A stretch of DNA of 64,000 nt. It comes from Euglena gracilis (Eukaryota). Positions within the stretch are counted from its first letter, which is position 1. Each line of letters opens with the position of its first letter. The notes under the pieces were generated by a model. That model was not told the DNA's origin, made no database searches, and saw only the letters and a program-made list of their open reading frames with translations. Positions 10,769 through 34,433 of the stretch are shown here, piece by piece. The DNA is taken from positions 30,136,395 through 30,200,394 of the forward strand of contig CP154954.1 in the NCBI GenBank assembly GCA_039621445.1, read 5' to 3'. The position numbers and the translations under genes are program-made.

Positions 10769-12718
10769 GTTCCAAAAGCCTGGGAGAGTGCCTTTTTTTC
10801 GGCCCTGAGATCGGTTAATCGGTTAACCGAGGGCCCCAATAAATTTAATCGGTTGACCAAAAACAGTCAGCTAATTGATCGACCCTGTTTCCGGCGCTTC
10901 GAAAATTTTTTTCGGATGGGTCCAGCAAAAAAAAGGGGGCTGGCTAGTTGGGCTAGCAGCATCCCCCCCCCCCCCCGGGGAGGAAGGGTGCTGATGCTGC
11001 TGGGCTGGGCCGAAATCTGCTGGAGTCAAAATCGGCCGGGGAGCCAGGACTACAGCCAGCCCCGGCCACCCACCCGGGGGGGGGGGGGTATTGTTTCGCC
11101 GATTCCCGTCGACTCCCAGCTTATTTGGACGTGGGACCAGATGGGTTGGAAAGCTTATCTCCTTAGCTTTCCAACTATATGTGGAACGTCCGAAACGGAG
11201 CCCGTGGGGGGGGGGGGTGGCAAGCCTACAGGCCTGCAAAACCTTAAAGAGGTGTATGGTCCAGCGCTTAACTGGTTGTGCAACCCTGCAACATGGCGTA
11301 CTGCTTGGCTCTGGCCACTGGCCCAAGAAAATCGAGATGTGGCAAAGTTCTCCTATTTTTTAAAAAAAAACCCATTGTTGTTCTTTGTGGCAGAAATTCT
11401 CTCTGGAATGGTGGAACGTCCAATCATATCCTTGCGGGGGAGTTGGCCTTGCTCAAAAACTATTTCTGACGGTGCAGGACATCTGCCAAATCTACAAAAA
11501 AAATAAGCATGGTTCCATCCCGACATCCAACTAACTGCTGGGTGGTGTTGTGGTGAGGTTAGAAGCATTAGCGGGGGGGGGGTTGTGTTATGGTGCCGCT
11601 TTCTGTGACTGTGCATCTGAGGCCTGCCCGGCATTCCTTCGGGCAAGGTACAGGCATGGGTGGACCACCAGCAATGTTGGGGATTGGGGAGAGGAGCGAT
11701 GTGTTGAAGGAAACACATCGTGTGCGGTGGCTGTGGGACTTCAAATGTGGTGAGAGTTGTGCCTGTGTGTGTGTGTGTGTGTTGGGGGGGAGCGGCAGAT
11801 AGCCACCAACTACCATACAACAAATGTGTCCAGCCCTTGCACTACCCAGGGCCAGGGCACTAATGTGTCGAGATGGACGTCTGGGCCAAATGCACATCTG
11901 AGCCAAGGAGGCCCCGGATAATGATGCGCCCCACATACCCCTCATCCGCCTTGTGGCAGCATTTCGGAAAAACATTGGCTCGCCGTGCCACCCATTCTTT
12001 TTTTCATCTTCAGGCAGGGCAGGGCGGCCCCCGAGTGAATTTTTTTTGAAAAATCCTGTGCGAACACATTTAAAACGTCAGAACACACAGGCTTTCGATT
12101 CGTTTTTTTCCTTCAAATTTTCAGGTTCGGACCGCCCTGGCTTTAGGAAGCCGTCGTTATGGCAGGCGCCTCTCTTTCACCAACAGCGGGGGCTGCCCGG
12201 TGTCCACCCCGGCCGGGCCCATTGGCAACGGGACCCACGGGGCTGCCCTGGGCAGGGCGGCGGGGGCGGGCCCCGGGGGAGGAACGCCTGCCACATGGTG
12301 CTCTGGACCGCCGGTCGCTGGGGGCGGCCCGCCTTTGCAGCCGGGCCCCAGGGCCCCAACCCCAGGCAGCAATGGAACCCCTGGCAGCAATGGGGGGGGT
12401 GGGGGGGAAAAAGGAGAGGGAGAGAGGGGGTGGGGGGGCAAAGGCAGGGGTGGGGGCCGGGGCAAGTGTAGCGGGGCTTCTTGGCTGCGCTCCCGGGGCT
12501 GGGGTTGGTTGGTGGTGCGGCTCCGCCACCCCATCCCCCTGCCCCTTGGAGGCCAGCCCAGGGGGCCGGGGGGGGGGGGACCGTCTGCCCCGTCCAACTT
12601 GGAGCATCAAGCAAGTGGCGAGTGTGACGATGTCCAGCGTGCAAACGTGCAAATATGCACCTCACCAAAGCAAAAAAAGGACCTTCTTCCGGTGTCCGGA
12701 GGGGGGAAAGTGACTCAC

Positions 12719-22274
<9,556 letters not shown>

Positions 22275-22680
22275 CTGGGGGCCCGGGCGGAGGGGAGGGC
22301 CGGGCGGGGGGAAGCGGGTGGCCCGGCCGCCAAGCTGGACGGCACACCAAATGTGCCAAAAGGCGGTGGCAAACACGCCCGCGTGTGCGCGCACGAGTGA
22401 AATCCGTTCTGCCGTTTGTTTCGGTCAGAAAAGGAGCGGCAAGATCGTTCAGCTGGACAAAAAGACAATTACGAAGGACCGGGTTGTCCACCCGGGAAAA
22501 ACACCACTCCATTGCAGACTGCGGCTGTCTGTTCGGTGGCTGTTATTGGCTCTTCGGCCCCCCAGCGTGGATGCAGTTCTGTGTGCACGTGTGTGTGGTT
22601 TTGGTGGTTTGGTGGGTGGATGGGTGGGTGGGTGAGTGTGCAGGGTCTGGACCCGAACTGGGGGGAGGGAGGCCACTTAC

Positions 22681-25600
22681 TTGGAATGCCTTGGCATCCA
22701 CGGTGGGGACGATGCTCTTCGGCCGGAGGAACTCCACGAAATCAAGCAGCTCGCGGAAGCTGGAGTGTTCGCTGCGGGGATGATGACAGGCAGTGAGTGT
22801 CAATCAGCCTGTAAGAGGGGAGAGAGTGCCTGAACTCTCTGCAAAAGCGACTCAAAACAGCAAACAAATACAAAATGATACAAAAATAAAGCTAAAGACT
22901 CTGAAGACATGTGCCAAGATATTCCCACCATTTCCACTTGGTCAGAGATTATCACAAAAAAATTCCTACAGAGTTTCAATCAACACATATAAACTATTTA
23001 AATCATCACACACACACAAATGCCCCAGGTCCAGAGGAATCGGCAACAGAGTTGGCCAGGTCCATCATCGGGCAGAGCTTTCATACCCCAACCGCCTTGG
23101 CCCCATTTACCTCATCAAAGATTGAGGGGGCAACTTCCAGCTGTCAGTCGATCCTCCAGCCAACAGCCAACCCCACACCTGTAAGGCACGCTGTGCACCT
23201 CGAATGGCCCCTGCTGCCGTTTGCTGTAGGCCCCGGAGGCACCCGTACTCTGTGATGCCACCCATTTCCAGGAGGCGGCGCCAGCCATCCCACGACCGTT
23301 TCCGTTTGCGAATGTGTTGTGTGAGCAACGCTCCTCCCACAGGGTTGGTACCGGGCAATTCAGACCGCCATTTAGTGCGTATCACAACGTATCTGTGATA
23401 CATTAAATTTTTTTTGGTGATACGTATGTGATACATTAAATTTTTTTTGGTGATACATATGTGATACATTAAAAAAATTTTGGTGATACATATGTGATAC
23501 ACAAATTCTCCTTTGTGAAACATATAATAAAAGTTGTGAAACACAAATTCGTAAGCTGAAAAATTCACAGACGAACGTGCAGTTGTCCAGCAAAACATTA
23601 TCACAAGAAAATTGTTCCATGTGTCTGGAGAGAGGCAAAGAAACAAGGATAAAAAGTGGAACAGGAAGCTGAAAAAAACATTTTTGATGTAAAAATGTAA
23701 AAATTTCTTAAAAAAATTGGTGATACATATGTGATACATCAAAAAAATTTTGGTGATACATATATGATACATTAAAAAATTTTTGGTGATACATATGTGA
23801 TACATTAATTTTTAGGCCGTGATACATGTGATACGTAAAAAATTTTTTTGGTGATACATACTAAATGGAGGTCTGGGGCAATTCCAAATGGCCATTGTAC
23901 TGTTGAGTGCAGTGGCCTTTCCCTTCCCCATTCCCCCTCCACAAAGGTGCTGAGGTGTGTGGAAATGTGTGTTACGGGTTCATGGGACGCGCACACACAA
24001 GCACTGGTATCCGAACACGCACCCACCGACCCATCCACCGACCGTGTGGGCGCGTGTGGGCGTGTGGGTGGGTGTCGGGGGGTGGGGGTGGCACAACCCA
24101 CAAACCCACACCCACACCCACACCCACACCCACACCCACACCCACACCCACACCCACACCCACACCCACACCCACACCCAGCACACCACAGCAAAGCACT
24201 GCACAGCACAACACAAACACACACCCAGCCGGTGGGGCAGAAGGCAACGATGGCGTCGAAGTGGTCAATGGGCTGCCCGCCAAGGAATGGCAGCCGGCCG
24301 GTCTGCAGGTACGCCGCCACCCCTGTGCAGAGACGGAGGGGGCGCCGAGCCGCTCATCCAAGATGAGAAGTGGCGTTGGTCCCCACCGCCCTTCTTTTCA
24401 AAGACCACGAGGAGGGGCCATCAACTTCAGGGTGCCGGCCCATTCAGACACATCTCCCTCCAGGGGGTGGCTTTGGGTCCCGGGCGGGGCTGTTTTTGGG
24501 CCGGGGCGCGGCTGAGACTCACCCCAACCAAAAACTAGATCCCCCTCCGGGGGCCGAAAAGGCCTTCCCCCACTGCCTTTCCAAAGCACCCACTGCCCTG
24601 GGGGTGCGATCTTTCCTTTGGAAGAAGCCTGACAGCCCTCCCCCCCCCGACCACCACCGGGGGATCCAAAAGCAACACCTCAAGGGGAGTGGGGTTCCAA
24701 CAAGACCCTGCGCGACAAGATGAGCAGGAAGGGCAGGCGGTAGCAAATCAACCCTCCAACGTATTCTGACCACTCCAGTGCTCTCCTTGGGCTGAACCAC
24801 CGCACTGAATCAGGGGTTTCCTTCAGGCCCCCCGGGTAGGGGGGTCCACCGGCTGGAAAAAGGTGCTGGCTGGAAAAACGGTGCTGGCAGTCCCCCATGT
24901 GGGAGGTCGGGGGGGGGCGTCCAGCCTGGCTACACCCGAGTGGTACCCAAAAACTGGATAAGAAAATCCGAATCCTGTTGGTTTTGGGATTTTTCAGGTT
25001 AACCAATTTTGTTCCAAAAATGCGGTTTGGGCCAGTTGGAACCCCCCCTTTTCCTGAAAATTTTCAGCGCTATGTGTGGAAAACATTTATAGTGAAGCCC
25101 GGCGAACCCCAACCGGCCCGTGCCCGCCCTCCCCAACTTTGTTATTCCAATGGACACCCCCCCCCCCCGCTGCAGCCCGCCTGGGAGCTGCTGGCTGGAA
25201 AGAGGGAACTGGATGGCTGGTCTCCCTTAGGGGGTGGGGTCCCTCCGGCTTATGACAGCCCCATGCACCAAACGTTGCCAACACCCACAATTTTAGGCGA
25301 TGAGGTGTTTCTCTCTGGAGTGGCACGACAAAGGAATGGGCACCAAATGGCGGCTTGGGGGATGATATGCATTGCGGCGAAGGAATGGAAAAATGAACCC
25401 ACAAGTTCCCCCCACCCGTGTTGCCGATGACCCCGGTGCACGAGGTGTGCCCGACCCCTCACCGAGGGGGTGGGGGGATACACACGCTTGAAGGAGAGGG
25501 CCAGCATGGGCAGCGCCACGACGCAGCAGGGGTCGCTGCCCGGCCGCCAGTCGGCGGTCAGGCGGAACGCCCCCATGTCGAAGCCGCAGTGCTGCAGCGT

Positions 25601-28600
25601 CTGGAACCTGCGGGCGGGAGGCGGGCAGACGGGGAGAGGCCGGGCTGGATGGGAACGCCTGGGGGTGGTCGACCGCCCACCCGGGTCATGAGGGGGCAGG
25701 GGTTTTCTTAGGGACCCCCTGGGGGGGGGTCCAGCCGCCGGCTGGTGAAAAGGCTGCTGGCTGGCCTCCCCCCCCCCACCGGGGGATAGGGGGGGAGGGG
25801 GGGGTCCGGGGCTGGGCTGGGTCGATGAAAACCAAAATTTTCCAAAACATTTTTGCCATTTTCGACATTTTGATGGATGGAGCTAGATCAAGGCTGGGGG
25901 GCTGTGATGGAGGAAGCTGTGATGAGGGGGAAAATGCATGAATAGGTGAGGTGGGCAGGCCAGTTGGCTGGCCAGCCTGGACCCGACTTTGTTTCACTCG
26001 ACCCCCAGGGGGGCTACCAGCCTGAATTTGGGCTGCTGGCTGGATTTGAGCTGCTGGCTGGCTGGAGCCCCCCCAGGGGGGGGGAGGTAGGATACCCTCT
26101 GGCTTAAGGAATCCCCTGATGGGGGGCCCGCCTGACCTACCCACGACAGCACAACGCAAGAAAAAAATTTGGTCCTAGGTCCATCCCTGGGGGAAGGGGC
26201 AATGTGTCCTCTTGACTGGACGGTGGGGTGTGGGTTGGGAGAAAATGGGTTCACGGTCCACCTGGGTCCAGCTGCCATCCTGCAGGTGAACCTCAGCCCA
26301 CCTATCACAGCTGGGGTTTGCTGGATCTGGTGGTGGCGGTGGTCTTACCGATTTCCAACCGGAAAGAGGGTTAATCCGCAGTTTGGAGGTTCAGCCCAAT
26401 GCAGGGTGGGGTTGTGGGCAGGGGGTATGAGTGAGAAAACAAGCACCACAATCACATCAGCTGAGTCTGCTTGCACGTGAACAAAAAAAAGAACTTTATT
26501 GGGATAGGGTGGGAAAAAGAGGAGCACAGGAGCACAAATGATGTCAGGCGGAAAAGGCCATCATCGGTATGGGCTGACATTTGGGATGTACTTCAAGGAA
26601 TGCAGCACAGGCAAAACATTGTGCCTCACATTCCACTGCTCAAAATGGTTGATAGAAATTTGCAATTTGTCGAAACTCAATACACATTGCCAGGACAGTG
26701 CCCGATTGGGAAATACGGGAAATGAAAATGATATGGGAAGATGGGAAATGCCGCGGACCCGCCACGCGGGCACACTTCTCCGCATCGACGTGCACTGGGC
26801 AGGCCAAGGCGCGGCCCACTGCCGTAAACACGCGCTCCTTGCCGATGGTGTACGTGCCGACGAGGAACAGGGACCGCCGGGCCTCCGCCGCCACCGCCAC
26901 ACAGCGGTCTACCACGTACTGGATGACCTGGGCGGTGCATGCTTGCGTGTGCACTGGTGTAGGCGAGTGTGTGCAGGCGCACGCGTGTGTGTGCATGTGT
27001 GCGTGGGCGCATGCACATGGGCAAGCACCTATAGTTGACCCCCAGATTTCGCCATTTTCGGCCATTTTCGGCCATTTTCGGCCATTTTCGGCCATTTTCG
27101 GCCATTTTCGGCCATTTTCGGCCATTTTTTCCTGTAGGTGGGGGGTAAAGCTGCCTTAAAACTCTTTCATACCAACAATGCATTTTGATCATTCAGTCAA
27201 CATGCAAGACGTCGTGACAAGCTAACGCATCCAAGGAGGTCCGTTTGGAATGGGTGCTCAGGGATTAAAGAGGTCAAAGAGTTTTTGTTGCAATATGCAA
27301 ATGCAAGGTTTTGAGAATAGGCTTCTTTTTTCCTGTCAGAGAGGCTCTTGTCCACTTTGGTCTTTTTTTGCTGGGGGTTCTTGGGACGCTTCATGAGAGC
27401 GGTTGGCACATGACATATTAACCACAATGGCAACACCAAACCCGATGCTTTTCTCTTCAAGCCTCTTGGCGTGGATGCTTTTCACAAACAACTTCCGCTA
27501 TTCCAACTTGACACCCCAAGCAACATTGTTTGATGGTGGCACTATTAGATCCCATCCAATTGTGTGCAATAAACCTAATGCAGGAATCACACCTTTAACG
27601 GTGGAAAAAAACGCTTCACATACTTTGCCTGGTTGTCACCACAATTTTCTGAAATGTCATCAAAACCATCGCCTTTGGCCCAAATAACCCATTCAGAGGT
27701 GGTTCTTTGAGCAGCATGTGTTCCACGGTCAGGCATAATGGCAGGAGAAGAGAGGCATGACTTCAAAGAAGCCTTGATGTAAAATTTCATCCGTCATGTT
27801 GAGACGATCATCCGTCTGGATGTGGCGAAATTGGGAGAAAATGCGCTCAGCTTGAGCGGCAGAATAAAAGCAAACAAACATGTGATCGGCCCATAATGTT
27901 GAAATATTGACATCAAATGCGCTCACCCAATTGTCCAATGTCTGCATCTTGTTCAACATCGCATCTTGTGCAGCATCTACATCTTGTCCAATATCTACAT
28001 CCATTGCATCAGCAATCACTGCATCTTGTCTGGTGTGTGCATCTTGTCCAGCATCTGCATCTTGTACGGCAGCGGCATCTTGTCCAGTGTCTGCATCTTG
28101 TCCAGCATCTGCATCTTGAACAGCATCTACATCATGTACAGCATCTGCATCTTGTCCAGCATCTGCATCTTGTCCAGCATCTGCATCTTGTCCAGTGTCT
28201 ACATCTTGTACAGCATATGCATCCACTGCATCTTGTCCAGTATCTGCAACCACTGCATCCACTGGCTCCCAACCTAGCAAAATGACCACAGAAACCCCCA
28301 AAAATGACCACAAAAAGCCTAAAATTGACCGCAAAAGTCCCAAAAAGCAACCAAAATGACCTAAAATGGCTTCAAATAACATAAACTTGCCCAAAAACGC
28401 CAACAATACCACAAAAAAAATGTGAAAAAATTCACCAAAATGGCGCAAAATGGCCAAAAATGCCATATTGACAAATGTGCTCATATTGACCCAAATTAGC
28501 CCAAAATTTGCTGAATCAGTGCAAAATATCCCCAACTAGCAAAAGATCATCCAAAATGGCCAAGATGAGTGTAATACTGGAGATTTGTGAAGAAATTATG

Positions 28601-31600
28601 CCAAAAATGGGTAAAAAAAATGCCAGCATCGCCCTTGTCACCAAAATTTTCTGAAATGCCATCAAAACATTCAGCTTTGGCCCAAATAACCCTTTCGGAG
28701 GTGGTTCTTTGAGCAGCATGTGTTGCAGGGCCTGGCATAATAACAAAAGAAGAGAGGCTGCACAGAGACAAGAATCAGTCGCACTGAAAATTGCCCCTCA
28801 GGGAAAAAGAAACTGTCAGGCAAAAAAAAAAACTCGAAAAAATTTGCAACAAATTTTTTCTCATTTTCGGCCATTTTCGGCCATTTTTGGCCATTTTCGG
28901 CAATTTTCGGGACCCCCACCTATAGAGCCCAAAATTTCATTTTCGGCCATTTTCGGCCATTTTCGGCCATTTTTACTATAGGTGCTTGCATATGGGTGTG
29001 TGTGTGTGCACATGTGTGTGCGCGCGCGTGTGTGCATGTGTGCGGGAGTGTGTGCGGGTGTGGGTATAGGTGTGGGTATGGGTGTGGGTGTCTGACATTG
29101 AGGCTGCACATTAGAGGGGTCCCCGGTGCACGCGGGGCGGTGTGCCACACACCTCGGCCTGCGGTGGGAATGCAGCCTTCGGCTGGCCGAACGTGTTGTC
29201 GAGGAAGAGCCGGTCCACACCGCACAGCGTCGGCTGCGCAGCCAACACCCGGAGCAGCGGGTGGCGGCGCATCTCCGGGGTGTACCGAAAGTCCCCTGCG
29301 GAGGGACAGGGAGCCCTGAGGGCGGATGGTACACCCCTGGGCGTGGCATCACATGGCGGTTCTGTACCTGCTGTTTTTGATTCAAGGGGGGGTTGGCACA
29401 AGGGGAACGGTCGGTGGGTGTTGATTTGACAAAAAATGGCTTCCGGCACCTTGGGGGCCGGAGTGCTCTGGACCACACAGCCCTTTAACGATCCCCTGGG
29501 GGGTTGCTGGGCTCAGGCTTGAAACTTGGGCTGGCCAGCGCTTTTGAAATTCGAAAACTGTCAAAAAAAAAGAGCAACCACAAATTGATTTCAAAAAAAG
29601 TCATCATGCGATAGCAAGCAAGCAAGCAAGCACTGTAAACTCTTAAATCCCTCAAAGCGGCTCGTTTTTGTGACTTTTCCCAAAAAAAATTGGCAGACCC
29701 AACAACAAGAGACGCTTGGTGGGTTAGCAGCAACTCCCCCACCGGCCCTTGGGGTGCTACGGTGGGGTGGACCAAAACCCGGGCAGGCTAAGCAGCCCCT
29801 TGGGGGGGGGGGCTGCAAAACCTTAAAGAGATGCATTCTCTGGACTGAGTGTTCAGGCACTTTGACCATACCTCCCGACCCCCCCCCCGGGTGAAGGTAT
29901 CGCCTGAGATTGCAGTCTGGCCCTGGGGGGGGGGTCCTTGGGACGGAGGGGATGGGGCCACCACACCGGTGAAGAGGGCCACGCCGGCGGGGGTGTGGAA
30001 GACCAGCATCACCGCGCCGGGGCAGTGGTTTGCGTCCACCGCCACCACCCGGATGCCTGCCGGCCCCGCCACCCGATGCGGACGCACCGCGGTCCCGACC
30101 AAGATCCATCCCTCGGCCCATCCGGAGTTGAATTGCCCGGCCACGGCGACGTGTCCGATTTCCGGGGAATCACAGACGTGTTGACTTTTCAAGAAATGCG
30201 CGACCACATGCGCGTCGGTGCTTTGTGGTCAGCTGGGGAGCTGCCTGTCCCCCTGGGTGGCGGCGGCGGGGGGGGGGGGGGGGGCGACCACAGCGGAGCA
30301 CACCGCAGACGTCCACCTCGGTGTCAAGGGGCAGTGGCCGGACCACCTCCGGGCTGACACCGAGGACGTGGGTGACGAGGGTGGCCGTCATCGGGGAGCA
30401 GTCTGGAGCGGTCGAGGAGGGGGGACTGTTGACTAACAAACAAACTAATGACGCACAAACCGTATTATACGCATTTGTCACTGAGATCCCTAATACTTTG
30501 AAAAAAAAGGCCGCTTTTAAAGAAAAAACTAGAATCAGATTTTGATGTATCAACTGTGAGGCTGCATTCCTGAACTCAAACATAAACCCCTGGATAAAAA
30601 GAACAACAAAAATTTCACAATTCCTGCAGCTGAATTGTGGCCATCTCATGGCCAAATACAAAAAATCATTTCGACAATCGATTGATACTATTTTTTTTTT
30701 TATTGATATTCCCCTGAATTGAAATTTGATAACAGATTTACTAACTCTGTCAGACAAGTGCGTGTGTCCATGGGGCAGGGGGAAAAGCTATAAAAACCTT
30801 TGAAACTACACAAAATATCCCGTGTACATCCTTCCTCCAAGGGCATGCAAAAAAAAGCAACAGAAAAAATGCCAAACGTGCGAAAAATTGCACAATTCAA
30901 ATTCACGCCTCCCTTCCATTGCTTAAAATTTTAAAAGATGCTTCCTGTGTGACTCTGCAAAGAACAACAAATCTGGTGTCTCATCAGAGCTTTATGGGTC
31001 AGAGAGGTTGCAAACGGGTTTTTCTTAAAACCGGGGGGGGTCCCCCCACCCACCCACCACCGGGGGGAGGTCCCGGGGGACCCAACCCACTTTTACCCGA
31101 AAAGGCCAAAAATCGCGAAAATGCTAAAAATAGCACCTTTTTCAAAAATTTTCGCGCCTTCGACACTGAAAAATATATCCCACCCCCCTCTGGGGGGACC
31201 CTCCGGGGGAGGGGGGGTCGGCCGGACCCACCCCCCTCCCCTCTCCCCCCCCGGGTCCAACACTAAAAAAAAAAAAATGGTTGCCTGCCCTGGTTGCAAA
31301 CAAATTTGTCTGAAAATTGCCATGTCCACATAGGCAAGTGTTGCACCATTTTGGTGTAGTTTGGGGCCCTTTTTTTCGGTTTGTCTGAAATATTTTTTCA
31401 ATGAATCATCAGATGTGCCATTCTGCAACTCATTTCCAGAGTGCCAGTTCCACATTTGAATGAGTGTGTTTTGGCGATCTATCTAAAGTCATTTTTTTGG
31501 ACAAAAGCTGCCAATTAATTCCCGCAGAGAGCCACTTGCTTCGACCCCAAGCAAGGTATGGGGAGCCCGACCCGCGACTCACCAGGAGGGTAAGGGGCTT

Positions 31601-33862
31601 CACCCACACGTGGCTCTTTCCTCTGTGCCGACTTGCACTGGAGACTGTGCGGGCGGGACTTTGCGCTCGAGTGCTTGCAGGCCGAGAGGCACCACCTCGG
31701 TTGCTGCGTGGGGTGGCCTAGCTGATGTTTGTAAACCGCGTCAGCTGGCGGGAGCCCATATTCTTTTTGCCGTGGGCGGTTGCGGCGTCGGCTCACCCCG
31801 GACTCCAAGCCCCTAGCCGTCTTGGGCTGTGTGGGGAAGCGCTTCAGTCCCATGCGCCTGGCCTCGAAGGGCTCGCAAGCGCTAGTTGCCCGGAAGGAAG
31901 GCCGGGACTTTTGTTCCACCCGTTGTGGGGTGGCGCGTCTCTCTCTCTTTTCCGCACACAGCGGTAAAGGAGCCAGGCGGTTCCGGATCCAGCCGGGCCT
32001 TCCTTGTCGATGCCCCCGACGCCCGGCTGGTGGGGGCAGACCGCCTGGTGACGGGGCGCTCATGCTCCGCGGGTGGGCGCGTCATAGATATGCCGACCCT
32101 CAGGTATGCCGACCCTCAGGGCCACCCACGGCTCAATCCAAGCGGGCGAGACACGGCCCCTTGGCACCCACCTGGAGAGCGGCTCCGCGTGTTGCATGGC
32201 CCCGGGTGCTGCCGTTACCCGAGGAACGGCAATGAATCAGATTGAAATACACACATTTCTAAATGCAGCAAGTCAGCTCATTAAAAATTGTTCATATTCC
32301 ATACAGGTGGGTATGCTGAGGCATACAGATGGTGCCAGCATGGAACGTCTTGCGCAGCCCCTCATAGTGGTCCGTGTGGAAGTGACTGGAAAGGAAGAGG
32401 AATAGACCGGGGTGGTGCTATATACCCCTGGTGCCAGTTTTTGGAGCAAAAAAAAACTGAACATGGAAATGGCTTTGCATAGCGGCGTTCTGTGGGCAAG
32501 ATTCCTTCCATTTTGGGGTTACAGGTACCGGAAAAAGACCCACCCCGATCGATTTGGGTGGGTCATTCAACTCTGGATGACGCCTCAGATCGTGTCCCAT
32601 GCCCCTCCCTCAGAGAGAATGGTGCCCTTCAGCAAACATGAGACACGCAACTCACTCACTCACACACATACACATACGGGGAACAATTTATTTACAACAT
32701 TCACCCTCCATTGATCAAAGTTAACTTTGATTGAAAGATTTTCCCTTCAAAAAAGGGATCATACAAAAAGGTTTGGGTCCCATGAAAGGTTCAAACCATC
32801 CGACGAGCCTTCGGCTCTGTTTCATTGTGCGCGCAGAGTGTGTAGCTTGTGAAGATGGCAGCTTGCACGCCGTGAACATACGTGAGAAAGAAGTGCTGAC
32901 ACTCGGGGTGGACGTGCCTGAACCCATCCACCGTGAAGCACGGCGTCCCTGGGGAGGCAGCGCACCAGAAGACGAGCAAAGAGCAAAGAACTGGTGTTCT
33001 GAGGGGGCTGAGAGCCGACCGGGAAAAGAGGCAGACCTCTGTACGCAACACACCAACCACTCTTATATGCACACGGCTTCCATATTCCTCAATACAAAAG
33101 AACAACAAATAAGGGGAAACAAGGTGCAAAATAAGCAAAAAAAATGTGCGGAGGCATTCGACAAATGCCAAACGTCGTTGTGCACAATGCCCTGGTGGGT
33201 GGGGTCGACAGCCCCCCCGCCCCCAACTGTTATCCAAGCCCAGAAACCTTACATGCTGGCAGAGGTCACTCCTTCCCTTTATTCTGTGGGGTGAAATTTT
33301 GGTGTGGGTGCAAAAATTTCTGATGGTGTAGATCCCCACCTGCCGGGTGGGAGAGTCAACCTCCCCCGCCTCCCCATGGCACCATAAGACCATTCATCCA
33401 TGCCTGCAAATCCAACTGTGCTACCAGTATGGTTCTCCTCACAGGTTGCAACAGTGCATTCTTGATCTGAGAGCCATTTTCGGCAACCTTTTCGAGGAGG
33501 TTTTTTTTACCAAAATGAAAATTTCACTCATATTCTTTGAAAGGATGTGTATGCAAAAAGTGGTCACAAATCATTTTTGGCTATAAAAAAAATACACCTC
33601 ATAGCCCCCAGCCAAAAGGGAGAACCCCCCATGAACACTCAGGTGACAAACATTAGGGGCATTTGTTCATTGGGCATGGGGGGGGGGTTGATTTTTGAAC
33701 AGTGTTTCACAAAAAAAGGAAATTTGAGGGAATCCGCCAGCTCACTTCCGTTGCACCCGGAACTTGCAGGCAAAGCACAACGGCACACCCGGCACCGTCC
33801 GCGTGCTGTGATAGCTGTCGGCCGGCCCACCGGGCGCCATCCATGCCGAGGCCCCTCCGGTC
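22681..33862 (-). CDS. SNM1: SNM1/PSO2 (DCLRE1A-like) DNA cross-link repair nuclease, metallo-beta-lactamase + beta-CASP core, 11 exons
   Basis: Exons 33862-33789, 32948-32882, 32385-32327, 30402-30304, 30056-29967, 29295-29153, 26927-26776, 25607-25486, 24322-24225, 23249-23179, 22771-22681, all GT-AG and phase-consistent. Motifs in the expected order: FTVDGF, FLTHFHTDHYEGL, IYCS, DANHCPGAVM, TGDFR, LFLDNTF, GTYTIGKERV, PTGW, VPYSEHSSFREL, IVPTV. Confidence 0.92.
23361..23875. mobile_element. hAT-like MITE of a second family with internal GTGATACAT tandem repeats; 8-bp TSD GGGCAATT
   Basis: gggcaatt|cagaccgccatttagtgcgtatcac ... gtgatacatactaaatggaggtctg|gggcaatt. Confidence 0.88.
24104..24180. 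repeat. (CACACC)n microsatellite
   Basis: Direct inspection. Confidence 0.9.
25697..26118. mobile_element. hAT-like MITE (CAGGGGTTTTCTTA family), degenerate TSD
   Basis: caggggttttcttagg ... cttaaggaatcccctg; flanks (a)tgaggggg / atgggggg. Confidence 0.6.
27022..28988 (-). mobile_element. 2-kb defective hAT element with a transposase C-terminal dimerisation-motif remnant
   Basis: cacatggg|caagcacctatagt ... actataggtgcttg|catatggg (14-bp perfect TIR, 7/8 TSD). Subterminal (CGGCCATTTT)n arrays. Minus-strand peptide SAAQAERIFSQFRHIQTDDRLNMTDEIL at ~27780-27865. Confidence 0.8.
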
Positions 33863-34433
33863 CTGTGAGCGACAACGACAGGGCCGGCCTTCCCGCCCCC
33901 CAACACGCCTCGTGCCTCCCTCCATTAACCCCCCCCCTTTTGAACACCCCAGACGGTTGCAGGATCTGGGTTGGTGGGTGGCCCCAAGGAGCAAACCACC
34001 AAACAGAAGTGGGTAATGATACGTTGCAGCTAACGGTGAACCCGGGTCCACCCAGAAAAAAAAAATAAAACATGGGGTCACAGCTATGGGGGGGGGGGGG
34101 CGGACTTAAATTCTGCCCTCTCTGCAAAACCGTACAGCTGGGTCTGATCTGACACGCGGTTTATGTGAAAGAATGTTGCCCATCCACCCCCCCCACTCAT
34201 ACCACTCATTGAACCCTCGGGCTGGCCCACCAAACCGCGCTAATAACCCCCCTTTTATTGTGAAAAAAGGAAAGGCCCTCCCAGTGGCTGTTTCTGGGGT
34301 GTATAACCAAGTAATTTCGGCATTCTATGTTTTTTTCGTAAAAAAAATTCTGAATTCTCGCTCGATGACTATTTAATCAAATTTCCCCCCGTCCTTCTTC
34401 GAACTTGATCAACTGTTGGCCGCCATGGGACAC

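Noticed and set aside
10292-11506. 404-aa plus-strand ORF
   Set aside because: Runs through a MITE with TIRs/TSD and G-homopolymers; no recognisable domain.
23395-23860. Regularly spaced GTGATACAT repeats resembling a CRISPR array
   Set aside because: Spacers are near-identical, the array is enclosed by TIRs and an 8-bp TSD, the context is eukaryotic and there are no cas genes.
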